A DNA stretch of 64,000 nt from Alphaproteobacteria bacterium. GTDB taxonomy: Bacteria; Pseudomonadota; Alphaproteobacteria; CALMVH01. The notes beneath the pieces were generated by a model. The model was not told the DNA's origin, did not search any database, and worked only from the letters and a program-made list of their open reading frames with translations. The position numbers were made by a program, and so were the translations under genes. The stretch spans positions 53,345-117,344 of the forward strand of contig CBDAQV010000010.1 in assembly GCA_965199265.1 (NCBI GenBank). The letters are read 5' to 3'. Below are positions 42,077-51,113 of this stretch, one piece after another. Each line of letters opens with the position of its first letter. The first letter of the stretch is position 1.

Positions 42077-44664
42077 TGCCGCTGCAGGCAAGCGGCCAGT
42101 GCGGAGCGAAGGCTATCCGCGTTGTACGGTTTCTTGACCACGGGATGCGACGCAAACTCCGTCGGCAGCTTCAGCATCTCGCCGTAGCCGGTGGCAAAGA
42201 AGAACGGCACGTTGAGTTCCGAAAGCTTTTCGGCCAAGCCGATGCTGGTCTCCGAACCGAGATTGAAGTCGAGTACAGCCGCCTCTGGACGCGATTTATC
42301 CAGGTAGCGCAACCCGTCTTCTACCGAGCTCACGGAAATAACCTGGCCGATGCCGATGTCGTGCAGCGCATCCTCGGCGTCCAGCGCAATGATCATGTTG
42401 TCCTCGGCCAGGAGCATCGGGCCGACAAACCCTGCCATCTCGCCCGTCACCGTTTCCGTGAAACGTTCCGGCGTCGTAGCCTTGCCGAGCATGATAAGGT
42501 GACTCGGAAGGGTGAACCGAGCTTTCAGCCCTTCGAGCGCGTACTCGACCTGCGCTTCCCCCTTGAGATCAAAGGGGATTGACCGTTCAATGATCGTCGA
42601 TCCGAAACCGCGACGCGTCGGGGGCCGTACGGGAGGACCGCCTTGCTCGCGCCAATCGAGAACCAGGTTTCCGGCATTGTCCCGGCGCCATTTGATCGTG
42701 ACCCAGCCGCTGCGATCGCAAAGCGCGCCGTACTTGGCCGAATTTGTCATAAGCTCGTGTATGACAAGCGCCATGGTCGAAAAGGCTTGCGGCGCGATGA
42801 GGACGTCCTCGCCGTCGATGCGGATACGATCGCCCTTGCCGACCAGGTACGCCTCGCCTTCGGCACGGATGAGCGCTTTAAGGGGCGCCGGTTGCCAGTC
42901 ATCGGTGGTTATCTGATCGTGCGCGCGCGCCAGCGCCTGTACGCGGCCGGCAACGATCTGCGCGAACTCCTCCACCGATCCCGTGGTGCTGGTCTGTGCA
43001 AGCAATCCCTTGACCAAGCCGAGTATATTGCGAACGCGGTGATTGAGTTCCGCAATAAGCAGTTCCTGGCGCTCGTTGGACGTTTTGCGCTCGTTTTCGG
43101 CCTCGCTTGACATGCGCAGCACGACGTCGAGAAGCGTCATCCGCAATGACTCCGCAACTCTCAAATCGAGTTCCGACCAAGGTTCGCTCTCGCCCCGCAC
43201 GACCTCGCGCCACATTTCGAAACTTTTGCGCGGCGTAAGTCGAATGCCGTTCGGTCCGAGTTCCGCGGGCTTTTGCGGGTTGCCGGCCCAGTTCACCGTT
43301 TGCGCCACCTCGCGGCGGAAAAAGACTATGTAGTCCCTCGGCATGCGCGACAGCGGGATGGCGAGCAGGCCGGCGGCGCGCTCGGGGAAATCAGCTGCTG
43401 GGCCGTGTTCCGCCGACAGGGCCTGGGTCGACCACGTCGTCGAGTGCCGTTTCTGGTTGAGCATCCGCACGACGCCCAGGAACTCCTCCTTCGTCGGGGT
43501 AAGCCCGTGAAGAAATACCCCGTCGCCCAGGGTGATGCCGATCCCGTCGCATCGCACCATTTCGCGCATGTCGGCGGCGAGATAGCCGAGACTCTGCAAT
43601 GACGCGCCTTCGTTCGCGATCGAAGCGAGGATTTTGTTCTGGATCGCGCGGGCCTGCGCTTCCTGGTCGGCTTCCTCCTCGCGCTCGCGGCTTTCAAGCA
43701 ACAGGGAGAACATCTGTCCGAACAGCTCGGTTGCGATCCGCCGTTCGAACGACAGGTAACGCGGCGCGAGGTGATGGCAGGCGATCAGGCCCCATAGCTT
43801 GCCGCGCACCACGATCGAGATCGACATGGACGCGGCAACGCCCATATTTTTAAGATATTCGATATGGATTGGTGAAACGCTGCGTATCCCGCTCAGCGAG
43901 AGGTCAAGGGGCGTCCCGCGTTGCGGCAACAGCGGCACTGGTTCAGCCGCGACATCCGCGATGATCCGCATCGAGTTCCGCAGGTACAAAGCACGAGCCT
44001 GCGACGGGATGTCAGACGCCGGGTAACGCAGCCCGAAAAACGACTCGACGCCGCCGCGAACGGCCTCGGCGATCACCTCGCCCGAGGCGCCGACGTTGAA
44101 CTTGTATATCATGACCCGGTCAAACCCGCTGAGCATCCGGACCTGCCGCGCGCCTTCGCGGCAGAAAGCCGTGAAACTTTCGGCAAGGTTCAGGCGCGAG
44201 ATCATGCTGCGCACCAGAGAACCCGAATTGAGATCCGGCTCGGAAACGCTCGGCTCGGCCTCGATAACGATCGTGCTACCGGACAGGTAAACCGCAACAT
44301 CGAAGCGTTCGTCACCGTTCCGGGAAAGGGGAAGGGCAAACACCCGTTCGACGCTGTCGCCGCCGCGCAGCGATTGCAAACGGTTGCGGATGGCATGTTC
44401 GGCCTCGGCCGACAGGGCATCGCCGAGCGGTTTGCCTATCAGATCCCGGGCATCGGGCCCAAGCCAGCGGGACACGTTCGACGACGCGTAGTCTATGGTC
44501 CACTGGGCAGAAACGGCGAGCAGGAACCCAAATGGCTGGATTGCGCCCAGCTCATGAATCGGTTCACGGTCGCAGTTACCAAGGTCGATGGAACCGGCTT
44601 CAACGGTTTGCTGAGGGGGGTAAAGTTTCACCACGGAATGCCTATAATCCTCAGGATTCCGCAT
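42073..44664 (-). CDS. bphP: Bacteriophytochrome: PAS-GAF-PHY, HWE histidine kinase, receiver (start 44664, 44673 or 44703)
   Basis: NCDREPIH (bilin Cys), PASDIP, SPIHIEYL, PRKSF, ELNHRVRN, HELMTN, WREQGGP; REC with LDFNL and FATGY. Confidence 0.95.
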   Translation of the reverse strand: MRNPEDYRHSVVKLYPPQQTVEAGSIDLGNCDREPIHELGAIQPFGFLLAVSAQWTIDYASSNVSRWLGPDARDLIGKPLGDALSAEAEHAIRNRLQSLRGGDSVERVFALPLSRNGDERFDVAVYLSGSTIVIEAEPSVSEPDLNSGSLVRSMISRLNLAESFTAFCREGARQVRMLSGFDRVMIYKFNVGASGEVIAEAVRGGVESFFGLRYPASDIPSQARALYLRNSMRIIADVAAEPVPLLPQRGTPLDLSLSGIRSVSPIHIEYLKNMGVAASMSISIVVRGKLWGLIACHHLAPRYLSFERRIATELFGQMFSLLLESREREEEADQEAQARAIQNKILASIANEGASLQSLGYLAADMREMVRCDGIGITLGDGVFLHGLTPTKEEFLGVVRMLNQKRHSTTWSTQALSAEHGPAADFPERAAGLLAIPLSRMPRDYIVFFRREVAQTVNWAGNPQKPAELGPNGIRLTPRKSFEMWREVVRGESEPWSELDLRVAESLRMTLLDVVLRMSSEAENERKTSNERQELLIAELNHRVRNILGLVKGLLAQTSTTGSVEEFAQIVAGRVQALARAHDQITTDDWQPAPLKALIRAEGEAYLVGKGDRIRIDGEDVLIAPQAFSTMALVIHELMTNSAKYGALCDRSGWVTIKWRRDNAGNLVLDWREQGGPPVRPPTRRGFGSTIIERSIPFDLKGEAQVEYALEGLKARFTLPSHLIMLGKATTPERFTETVTGEMAGFVGPMLLAEDNMIIALDAEDALHDIGIGQVISVSSVEDGLRYLDKSRPEAAVLDFNLGSETSIGLAEKLSELNVPFFFATGYGEMLKLPTEFASHPVVKKPYNADSLRSALAACLQRQ

Positions 44665-45226
44665 GCGCTGCATGTTCTGCTTCAGCGGTCCTTTGGAACA
44701 CATCGAAGGCGCTGATCGATCCCTTCAGGATCTCGGGCCAGCGGCTGCGGTGAGGCGCTTGTGCGTTCATGCGATCCGTGAAGCCGCGCCAAAAACCGGG
44801 CGCGGTCGGAAAGCCGAGAAAGGCGGAAGCTTCGTCGGCAAGCACTGGATTTTGTGCCTGTAGCTGGCGGAACAGCATGGCATTTCCCAAGCGCGAACCT
44901 TCGAGAGTGTAAGCTGCCCCCAGCGCCCCATCGAAACTGCAAAGCACCGATACGGTTGCTGGAGCAGGCCGGCCGCCCAGCGCCGCGAGGTCGGCAAGAG
45001 CCGCGTGCGACCGAAGCGACCAGCGTATGCCGGCTGCGGCGAACTCCGGCTCGAACGGCATTAAGGCCTGCTCGATCCCGGCGACCGCCGCCGCCTGGAT
45101 ACGCAGGAACATCATGTATTGCGGCCGCGTGAACAGGCTGATGCCGCCCATCGTCGCTTCCGTACGCTCATGCCTCGCCATCGAGGCCTGCTTCAGGAAA
45201 GAATGCAGCGTTTCGTGAGTTTCCAC
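44651..45226 (-). CDS. bphO: Biliverdin-producing heme oxygenase (start 45226 or 45253)
   Basis: LKQASMARHE and GAAYTLEGSRLG; directly upstream of bphP. Confidence 0.88.
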   Translation of the reverse strand: METHETLHSFLKQASMARHERTEATMGGISLFTRPQYMMFLRIQAAAVAGIEQALMPFEPEFAAAGIRWSLRSHAALADLAALGGRPAPATVSVLCSFDGALGAAYTLEGSRLGNAMLFRQLQAQNPVLADEASAFLGFPTAPGFWRGFTDRMNAQAPHRSRWPEILKGSISAFDVFQRTAEAEHAAHAES

Positions 45227-45239
45227 GGCTGGGTTTCGT

Positions 45240-45548
45240 TCAGCTCTGGGCAATGCCGAGCCGGTAGCGGACTTCGGTTACGGGAAGGTCGAGCAGGTAA
45301 AAACCGGCCGCCCACTCTGTTGCGGTCACGTCTTCTTCTGCAAGTTCGACAACGGCATAAGTGTCCTTGGCCTCTACCCACGAGCCGCTTTGTTCGTTGA
45401 ACATGGGCCATTCGCCAAAGGGGGTCACGTATTGATCCTCGTGCAAACCCAGCGTCTCGCGGTAATCAGCCAGAGTACCGGACGCGATGAACTCGCGATG
45501 TTCCGGTGTCGCCGCATCGCCCAATGACCATAACCTCGCCATTCCCAA
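45240..45548 (-). CDS. Hypothetical acidic small protein
   Basis: 102 aa, Glu/Asp- and aromatic-rich; co-oriented and abutting bphO. Confidence 0.6.
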   Translation of the reverse strand: MGMARLWSLGDAATPEHREFIASGTLADYRETLGLHEDQYVTPFGEWPMFNEQSGSWVEAKDTYAVVELAEEDVTATEWAAGFYLLDLPVTEVRYRLGIAQS

Positions 45549-45603
45549 CCCTACCGGATGAAGAACGTCCCGGCAACCTGTTTACGATGTGCTTGCCGGA
45601 AAG

Positions 45604-46785
45604 TCATAGGGCTGCGGTGTCCCTGCGATTGCTGACGTACCTGCCAAGGCGCACGCCAGGGTTTTCCACAAGGAGGTGGATCGCCCAGGCCAGGCTCACG
45701 GTTGCGGTCGCGCAAAGCCCCATCACCAGCCAGTAACTCGCGTCGCTTTGCCGCGCGAACACCCTTACCCGGCGGATACCCAGCACATCGTAGAAAACGA
45801 GACCTTGAACAAGGTAGATGCCGTAGCTTATGTCGCCCAGGCGGCGGGACGGCTTGGACGTCAGAAGCCCGAAGATTGTGGAGCCGGAAACGACAAGGTG
45901 GAAAACCAATCCGAGCATAAGCACGGCGGGAAAGTCGTACCCGTTGGCGCACCCGAACCCCGCGCCGGCGAGCAGAAGCACGCTGGCTGCGGAACACGCG
46001 GTGGGACTGAGGCGCAAACGCACGTCCTTCGCTTGCAAGGATGCCGCCATCATTCCCATCAGGAACAGGGTTGCGACGACGAAATCGGTATGGTCGCCGT
46101 TCTGTGTGAGCAGCACCAGCACTAGGCCGGCCGCAAGGCAGGACGACGTCGCGGTCAAGTGCCATTTCGTGCTGCCGGCGACGAACGCGACGGTGGGCAG
46201 GGTAAAGTAGAAAATCCACTCCGAGTGCAGCGTCCAAGCCATGCCCATCCTTGGCCCGATCGCCGTGTCCCCGTTAAAATCCCCGGGCGTCGTCACGCCG
46301 AGACTGAGCCACTCGACCGTCTCTTCCAGTAGCGCGAGGCGTCCGATCTTGAGGGTAAAGCCGGCAAACGAAAGAACGCTCAGGAACACACCGGCTATGA
46401 CGGCGAAGTACACCGGCGCGATGCGGAAGAATCGACCGAGGTACAGCCGCATCCACCGGGGACGCCCCTGCTCGGCGATCAGCCGCGACCAGAACAGGTA
46501 GCCGGTGATCATGAAGAACATGTCGACCGCGCCTTCCCCGGCCACGGTGTAGAAGCCCGAGGGCGGCAAGTCCCACTTGCCGTCGCGGATGAAACGGTAG
46601 TTGGACGCCGCATGATGGACGAGCACGGACGACGCCAGAATGCCGCGAAGCCCGTCGAGTGCGACAAGTCGCGCCTTTGGCGAGCCAGGCGGGCTATCGG
46701 CGGCTTTAAAAATGGGCAAGGAGACGAGCGCCATCATCAGCGCGACGATCAGGAAATAATTCACGCAGGAGTAAGCGGTGATCAA
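45604..46785 (-). CDS. Acyltransferase family 3 (OafA-like; start uncertain)
   Basis: LDGLRG...VHH, VDMFFMITGYLF, RFFRI.P, WTL..EW.FY, LGDISYGIYL. Confidence 0.9.
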   Translation of the reverse strand: MITAYSCVNYFLIVALMMALVSLPIFKAADSPPGSPKARLVALDGLRGILASSVLVHHAASNYRFIRDGKWDLPPSGFYTVAGEGAVDMFFMITGYLFWSRLIAEQGRPRWMRLYLGRFFRIAPVYFAVIAGVFLSVLSFAGFTLKIGRLALLEETVEWLSLGVTTPGDFNGDTAIGPRMGMAWTLHSEWIFYFTLPTVAFVAGSTKWHLTATSSCLAAGLVLVLLTQNGDHTDFVVATLFLMGMMAASLQAKDVRLRLSPTACSAASVLLLAGAGFGCANGYDFPAVLMLGLVFHLVVSGSTIFGLLTSKPSRRLGDISYGIYLVQGLVFYDVLGIRRVRVFARQSDASYWLVMGLCATATVSLAWAIHLLVENPGVRLGRYVSNRRDTAAL

Positions 46786-46841
46786 GGTTTCACGACTGCG
46801 CTGCAAGCTGGAACATGGTTGCCGGCGTTGTCCCTGGATAT

Positions 46842-46931
46842 TGGCGGATGGGGTCGGATTCGAACCCACGGAGGGCTTGCGCCCTCGCCGGTTTTCAAGA
46901 CCGGTGCCTTAAACCGCTCGGCCACCCATCC
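46842..46931 (-). tRNA. tRNA-Ser (TGA)
   Basis: GGATGGG/CCCATCC acceptor stem, loop CTTGAAA, long variable arm GAGGGC-GCAA-GCCCTC, CCA; 90 nt. Confidence 0.95.
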
Positions 46932-47047
46932 CGCAATCGGACTATAAATCAGAAAACCCGTGGCGGCTTCAAGGTTTTCGACGCGTTTCTGCTCCCGTGC
47001 ACGGAAAGCATCTTTTCGCGCAAGCGGCGGGGGGCTACACAGGAATC

Positions 47048-48019
47048 GTGACCCGCTTCCTTTCACCTTTGCTGTTCGCCGTGCTCGCGATCGCCGTTCC
47101 GAACGTCGCGGCCGCACAGGATTTGGCGGATTTCGAGCAGGAAATCAGCGAGTCCGCCGCTCGAGCAGGCGTATCGCAGCAAACGATCGACGCCAGCCTG
47201 CGCGGGTTCCAGCCCAACCAGCACGTCATCGAACTCGACCGCAGGCAGCCGGAGAAAACCCAGACGTTCGATCAGTACTTTGCTCACACCGCGACCGATT
47301 CGCGAGTAGCCAAGGGTCAGGATCAGCTTGCGCGAAACCGCCCGCTGCTGGAACGGATCGAAAGCGACTACGGCGTGGCGCCGGCAGTCCTGGTCGCGCT
47401 GTGGGGCATGGAGTCGAGCTATGGCTCTGTCATGGGCGATTCGCCGACCATTCATTCCTTGGCAACGCTGTCCTACGAGGGACGGCGCCACGAATTTTTT
47501 AAAAGCGAGTTGATCAAGGCGATGCAGATCGTCGATGCCGGCGATGTCACCGTTCAGGGCATGGTCGGTTCGTGGGCGGGAGCGATGGGGCAGGTGCAGT
47601 TCATGCCCTCGACCTTCCAGAACTATGCCGTCGATTACGACGGTGCGGGGCGGCGCGATATCTGGCACGACAATGCCGACGCGCTGGCTTCTGCCGCGAA
47701 CTATCTTTCGCAGTCCGGCTGGCACAGGGGCGAGCTGTGGGGTCGGGAGGTTACTCTCCCGGGGAACTTCAGTTCGACGTTGATCGGACTCGACAAGCCT
47801 CGTCCCCTCGACGACTGGAAAAGGCTGGGTGTGCTGCGCACGGACGGCACCGAACTGCCTGAAGCCGATATCGACGCGGCGCTGGTGCTGCCCGACGGCC
47901 CGAACGGGCGCGCGTTCCTGGCGTACAACAATTACCGGGTCATCATGCGTTGGAACCACTCGACTTACTTCGCGACCAGCGTCGGGCTGATCAGCGATGC
48001 GATCGAGGGACGGGAATGA
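47048..48019 (+). CDS. mltB: Lytic murein transglycosylase (MltB family)
   Basis: ALWGMESSYG, GSWAGAMGQVQFMPS, SAANYL. Confidence 0.92.
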   Translation: MTRFLSPLLFAVLAIAVPNVAAAQDLADFEQEISESAARAGVSQQTIDASLRGFQPNQHVIELDRRQPEKTQTFDQYFAHTATDSRVAKGQDQLARNRPLLERIESDYGVAPAVLVALWGMESSYGSVMGDSPTIHSLATLSYEGRRHEFFKSELIKAMQIVDAGDVTVQGMVGSWAGAMGQVQFMPSTFQNYAVDYDGAGRRDIWHDNADALASAANYLSQSGWHRGELWGREVTLPGNFSSTLIGLDKPRPLDDWKRLGVLRTDGTELPEADIDAALVLPDGPNGRAFLAYNNYRVIMRWNHSTYFATSVGLISDAIEGRE

Positions 48020-49113
48020 CGCGGCATGGCGGCGCCGCGCTGCTGGCATCGCTGGTCATGCTTGCCGCCTGTTCGTCTTCGCCGCCACCAAGGCGAACGG
48101 CCTCGAGCGGCGGCGCGGGACCGGGCGAGGGCGGCTACTACAAGATCGGCAGGCCGTACCAGATCAACGGCGTGACCTATACGCCCGCCTGGGATCCCGA
48201 CTACTCTGAAACCGGTATCGCCTCGTGGTACGCGGGCGAGTTCACGGGCGAGCCGACGGCCAACGGCGAACTCTACGATCCGAACCAGTTGACCGCCGCG
48301 CATCGCACGCTGCCCATGCCCAGCCTGGTGCGCGTCACCAATCTCGACAACGGGCGGGCGCTAATCATTCGCGTCAACGACCGCGGCCCCTACGCGCAGA
48401 ACCGGATCCTCGATTGCTCCCGCCGCTGCGCGCAGCTGCTCGGCTTCGAGCAGAAAGGGACGGCCAAGGTGAAGGTGGAGATCATGGCGCAGGAAAGCCT
48501 GGCGCTGGCGGACGCCGCGCGCCACGGCGAGCTGGCGACGACGGTGGCGAGCGCAATCGAGACCAATCCAATTACGCCGCAAGCTGCTACCGTCGCGCCG
48601 CCGGTCGAGGTCGCCAGCAACGAGCCAGGCGAAATGCCTCAGATCGAGCAGCCCGCTGTCCAGCCGGCCGCGCCGCCGCCGCCCGTGATCGAGAGCCAGC
48701 CTTTGCCAGCTTCCCAAACGTTGCAACAGCCGGGCGCGCCTGCGCCGCTGGCCGATCAGGCAGGCGGTCTGAAGGTCGTGAACGAGAAAGCCGTCATCCA
48801 TAAGGAAACCGGCGATACGCTTGCCGGACAGTCTGTCGGCGGACGCTACCTGCCAGCGCCGGTGGTCAGGCACGAGAAGGTGGGCAAGACAAAAATCTAT
48901 GTCCAGGCCGGCGCGTTCGCCAGCCAGGACAACGCCGACCACCTGCGCGACCGGTTGCAGACGCTCGGCACGCAGGTGCTGCCGGTTACAGTCAATGGCA
49001 GGCAGTTCTACCGCGTCCGCGTGGGGCCGCTGCCCGACGTGCCGAGCGCCGACGCCGAGTTGCAGCGCGTGCTGCAGGCCGGTGCGGCCGGTGCGAAGAT
49101 CGTCGTCGAGTAA
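48016..49113 (+). CDS. rlpA: Septal ring lytic transglycosylase RlpA
   Basis: Lipobox LAAC, GIASWY, TAAHRTLP, RVNDRGP, C-terminal SPOR. Confidence 0.95.
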   Translation: MTRHGGAALLASLVMLAACSSSPPPRRTASSGGAGPGEGGYYKIGRPYQINGVTYTPAWDPDYSETGIASWYAGEFTGEPTANGELYDPNQLTAAHRTLPMPSLVRVTNLDNGRALIIRVNDRGPYAQNRILDCSRRCAQLLGFEQKGTAKVKVEIMAQESLALADAARHGELATTVASAIETNPITPQAATVAPPVEVASNEPGEMPQIEQPAVQPAAPPPPVIESQPLPASQTLQQPGAPAPLADQAGGLKVVNEKAVIHKETGDTLAGQSVGGRYLPAPVVRHEKVGKTKIYVQAGAFASQDNADHLRDRLQTLGTQVLPVTVNGRQFYRVRVGPLPDVPSADAELQRVLQAGAAGAKIVVE

Positions 49114-49137
49114 AGTTCGGAATACCGAGGATTTCCA

Positions 49138-50370
49138 GTGAAGAAACTTCCCGCACTGTTGCTGTGCTCCGCCCTGGTTTCATCCGGCATGCCCGGCGCC
49201 GTCGACGCCCGGCCGCGACCTGTGAAGCACCCTCCGGCGCCTGTTTCCGCGGCGCCTCAAACAGCGGCCTCGGCCAGCCCGGTTCCCGAGGCGCCGGGCA
49301 CGGACGCGCATTACGCGTACATGGTCGACTTCGATACCGGCCGGGTGCTCTACGACAAGAACGGGGAGGAGCACATGCCGACCTCCTCCATGAGCAAGAT
49401 GATGACCATGTACCTGGTTTTCGAGCAGCTGAAGGAAGGCCACCTGCACCTGGAAGACAAGCTGCCGGTCAGCCAGCGCGCCTGGAAGACGGGCGGCAGC
49501 GGCGTGGACAGCTCGGCCATGTTCGCCAAGCTGGGCGACAACATCGCCGTCGAGGACCTGATACGCGGCGTCATCATCCAATCGGGCAACGACGCGACGG
49601 TCGTGCTGGCTGAAGGCATTGCCGGGTCGGAGGACGCATTTGCGGAGAAGATGAACGTCGAGGCGCAGAAGCTCGGCATGACCGACAGCCACTTCGTCAA
49701 CGCGAGCGGCCTGCCGGACCCGAACCATTACTCGACTGCCAAGGACCTTTCCATCCTCGCGCACCACCTGATCACCGACTTTCCCGAGTACTATCATTAT
49801 TTCGGCGAAATCAAGTTCAGCTGGAACGGCATCACCCAGGAGAACCGCAACCCGCTTCTGTACCGCGGCATCGGCGTTGACGGCCTGAAGACGGGACATG
49901 CCGATCAGGCGGGTTACGGCCTGACCGCCTCGGGAGTCGAGAACGGGCACAGGATCATCCTGGTCATCAACGGCCTGCCGTCCAAGCAGGCGCGCGCGGA
50001 CGAGCCGACCACCCTGATGGAATGGGGCTGGCACGAGTTCCGCCTGTTCGACCTGTTCAAGGCCGGCGACGTCGTCGACAACGCGCCCGTCTGGATGGGG
50101 CAGGCGGATGCGGTTCCGGTTGCTGTCGAACACGATGTCCAGCTAAGCCTCACCACCAACGAGCGGCATGGGCTGAAAGCGACGATCGCGTACGACAGTG
50201 CCGCTCCCGCGCCGGTGGCGGTCGGGCAGAAGGTGGGCGTCCTGAGGCTGCAGGTGCCCGGGCAGGACGTCCAGGAGTTCCCGTTGGTCGCTACCGCGGC
50301 GGTGGGCAGGGTCGGCGCTGTGTCGCGAATCTTCGTCGCCCTGCGCAGCCTCGTGTCAGGCCACGCGTGA
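49138..50370 (+). CDS. dacA: D-Ala-D-Ala carboxypeptidase (S11)
   Basis: SMSK, SGN and KTG motifs. Confidence 0.93.
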   Translation: MKKLPALLLCSALVSSGMPGAVDARPRPVKHPPAPVSAAPQTAASASPVPEAPGTDAHYAYMVDFDTGRVLYDKNGEEHMPTSSMSKMMTMYLVFEQLKEGHLHLEDKLPVSQRAWKTGGSGVDSSAMFAKLGDNIAVEDLIRGVIIQSGNDATVVLAEGIAGSEDAFAEKMNVEAQKLGMTDSHFVNASGLPDPNHYSTAKDLSILAHHLITDFPEYYHYFGEIKFSWNGITQENRNPLLYRGIGVDGLKTGHADQAGYGLTASGVENGHRIILVINGLPSKQARADEPTTLMEWGWHEFRLFDLFKAGDVVDNAPVWMGQADAVPVAVEHDVQLSLTTNERHGLKATIAYDSAAPAPVAVGQKVGVLRLQVPGQDVQEFPLVATAAVGRVGAVSRIFVALRSLVSGHA

Positions 50371-50371
50371 C

Positions 50372-51028
50372 GTGAACGGGCGTTTTATCACATTCGAGGG
50401 CGGGGAGGGGGTCGGCAAGTCGACCCAGCTGCGCCGCTTGGCCCAAACCCTGCGCGCGCGTGGCGAAACCGTGCTGACGACGCGCGAGCCGGGCGGCACG
50501 CCGTCCGCCGAGGCGATCCGCACTCTTGTCGTCACCGGAGAGACCGGACGTTGGCTGCCGCTTTCCGAAGTCATGCTATTTGCCGCCGCACGCTACGAAC
50601 ATGTCGAGCGCGTGATCAGGCCGGCCCTGGCGCTCGGCAAATGGGTGCTGTGCGACCGCTTCACCGATTCGACCCTGGCTTACCAAGGCTATGGCCTCGG
50701 ATACGACATCGCCGCTATTTCCCGGCTGCAGGAGCTTGTTCTTGCTGGATTGGCTCCCGCCCTGACGTTCGTGCTCGACATTGAAGCCGGGGCAGGGCTG
50801 GCGAGGTCGGGGCAGAGTCAACGCTACGAGGCCATGGGCCTCGATTTCCACTGCCGCCTGCGCGACGGTTTCCTAGCCGTTGCCGCCGCAAACCCAGCGC
50901 GCTGCGCGCTGATCGACGCCGGTCAATCGGTGGAGGAGGTCGAGACGGCGATTTTAGACGAGATGCAGCGACGCTTTCCTCTCTCCCTTATCGGAGAGGA
51001 TGTCGGCCCGGAACGGGCGGACGGGTGA
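50372..51028 (+). CDS. tmk: Thymidylate kinase
   Basis: FITFEGGEGVGKSTQ, REPGGT, CDRF.DS..AYQG. Confidence 0.97.
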   Translation: MNGRFITFEGGEGVGKSTQLRRLAQTLRARGETVLTTREPGGTPSAEAIRTLVVTGETGRWLPLSEVMLFAAARYEHVERVIRPALALGKWVLCDRFTDSTLAYQGYGLGYDIAAISRLQELVLAGLAPALTFVLDIEAGAGLARSGQSQRYEAMGLDFHCRLRDGFLAVAAANPARCALIDAGQSVEEVETAILDEMQRRFPLSLIGEDVGPERADG

Positions 51029-51101
51029 GGGAGATACCAATCTGATATTTCCCTTTGCCCCCCTCGTTCCCACGGAACGGAGCCCTCCCATTCCCATCGG
51101 G
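50976..51101. repeat. Degenerate palindromic REP/MITE-like element, copy 1
   Basis: CCTCTCTCCCTTATCGGAGAGG...GGGTGAGGG...CCCCCTC...CCCTCCCATTCCC..GGG. Confidence 0.6.
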
Positions 51102-51113
51102 GATTAGGTATCC

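Noticed and set aside
28385-46841. Prophage or integrative element between tRNA-Lys and tRNA-Ser
   Set aside because: No integrase, phage genes or att repeats seen, and core genes (recG, ppa, sdhE, mfd) lie in the middle
46786-46869. Acyltransferase ORF extending into tRNA-Ser
   Set aside because: This is an ORF-caller extension; the plausible start is downstream of the tRNA
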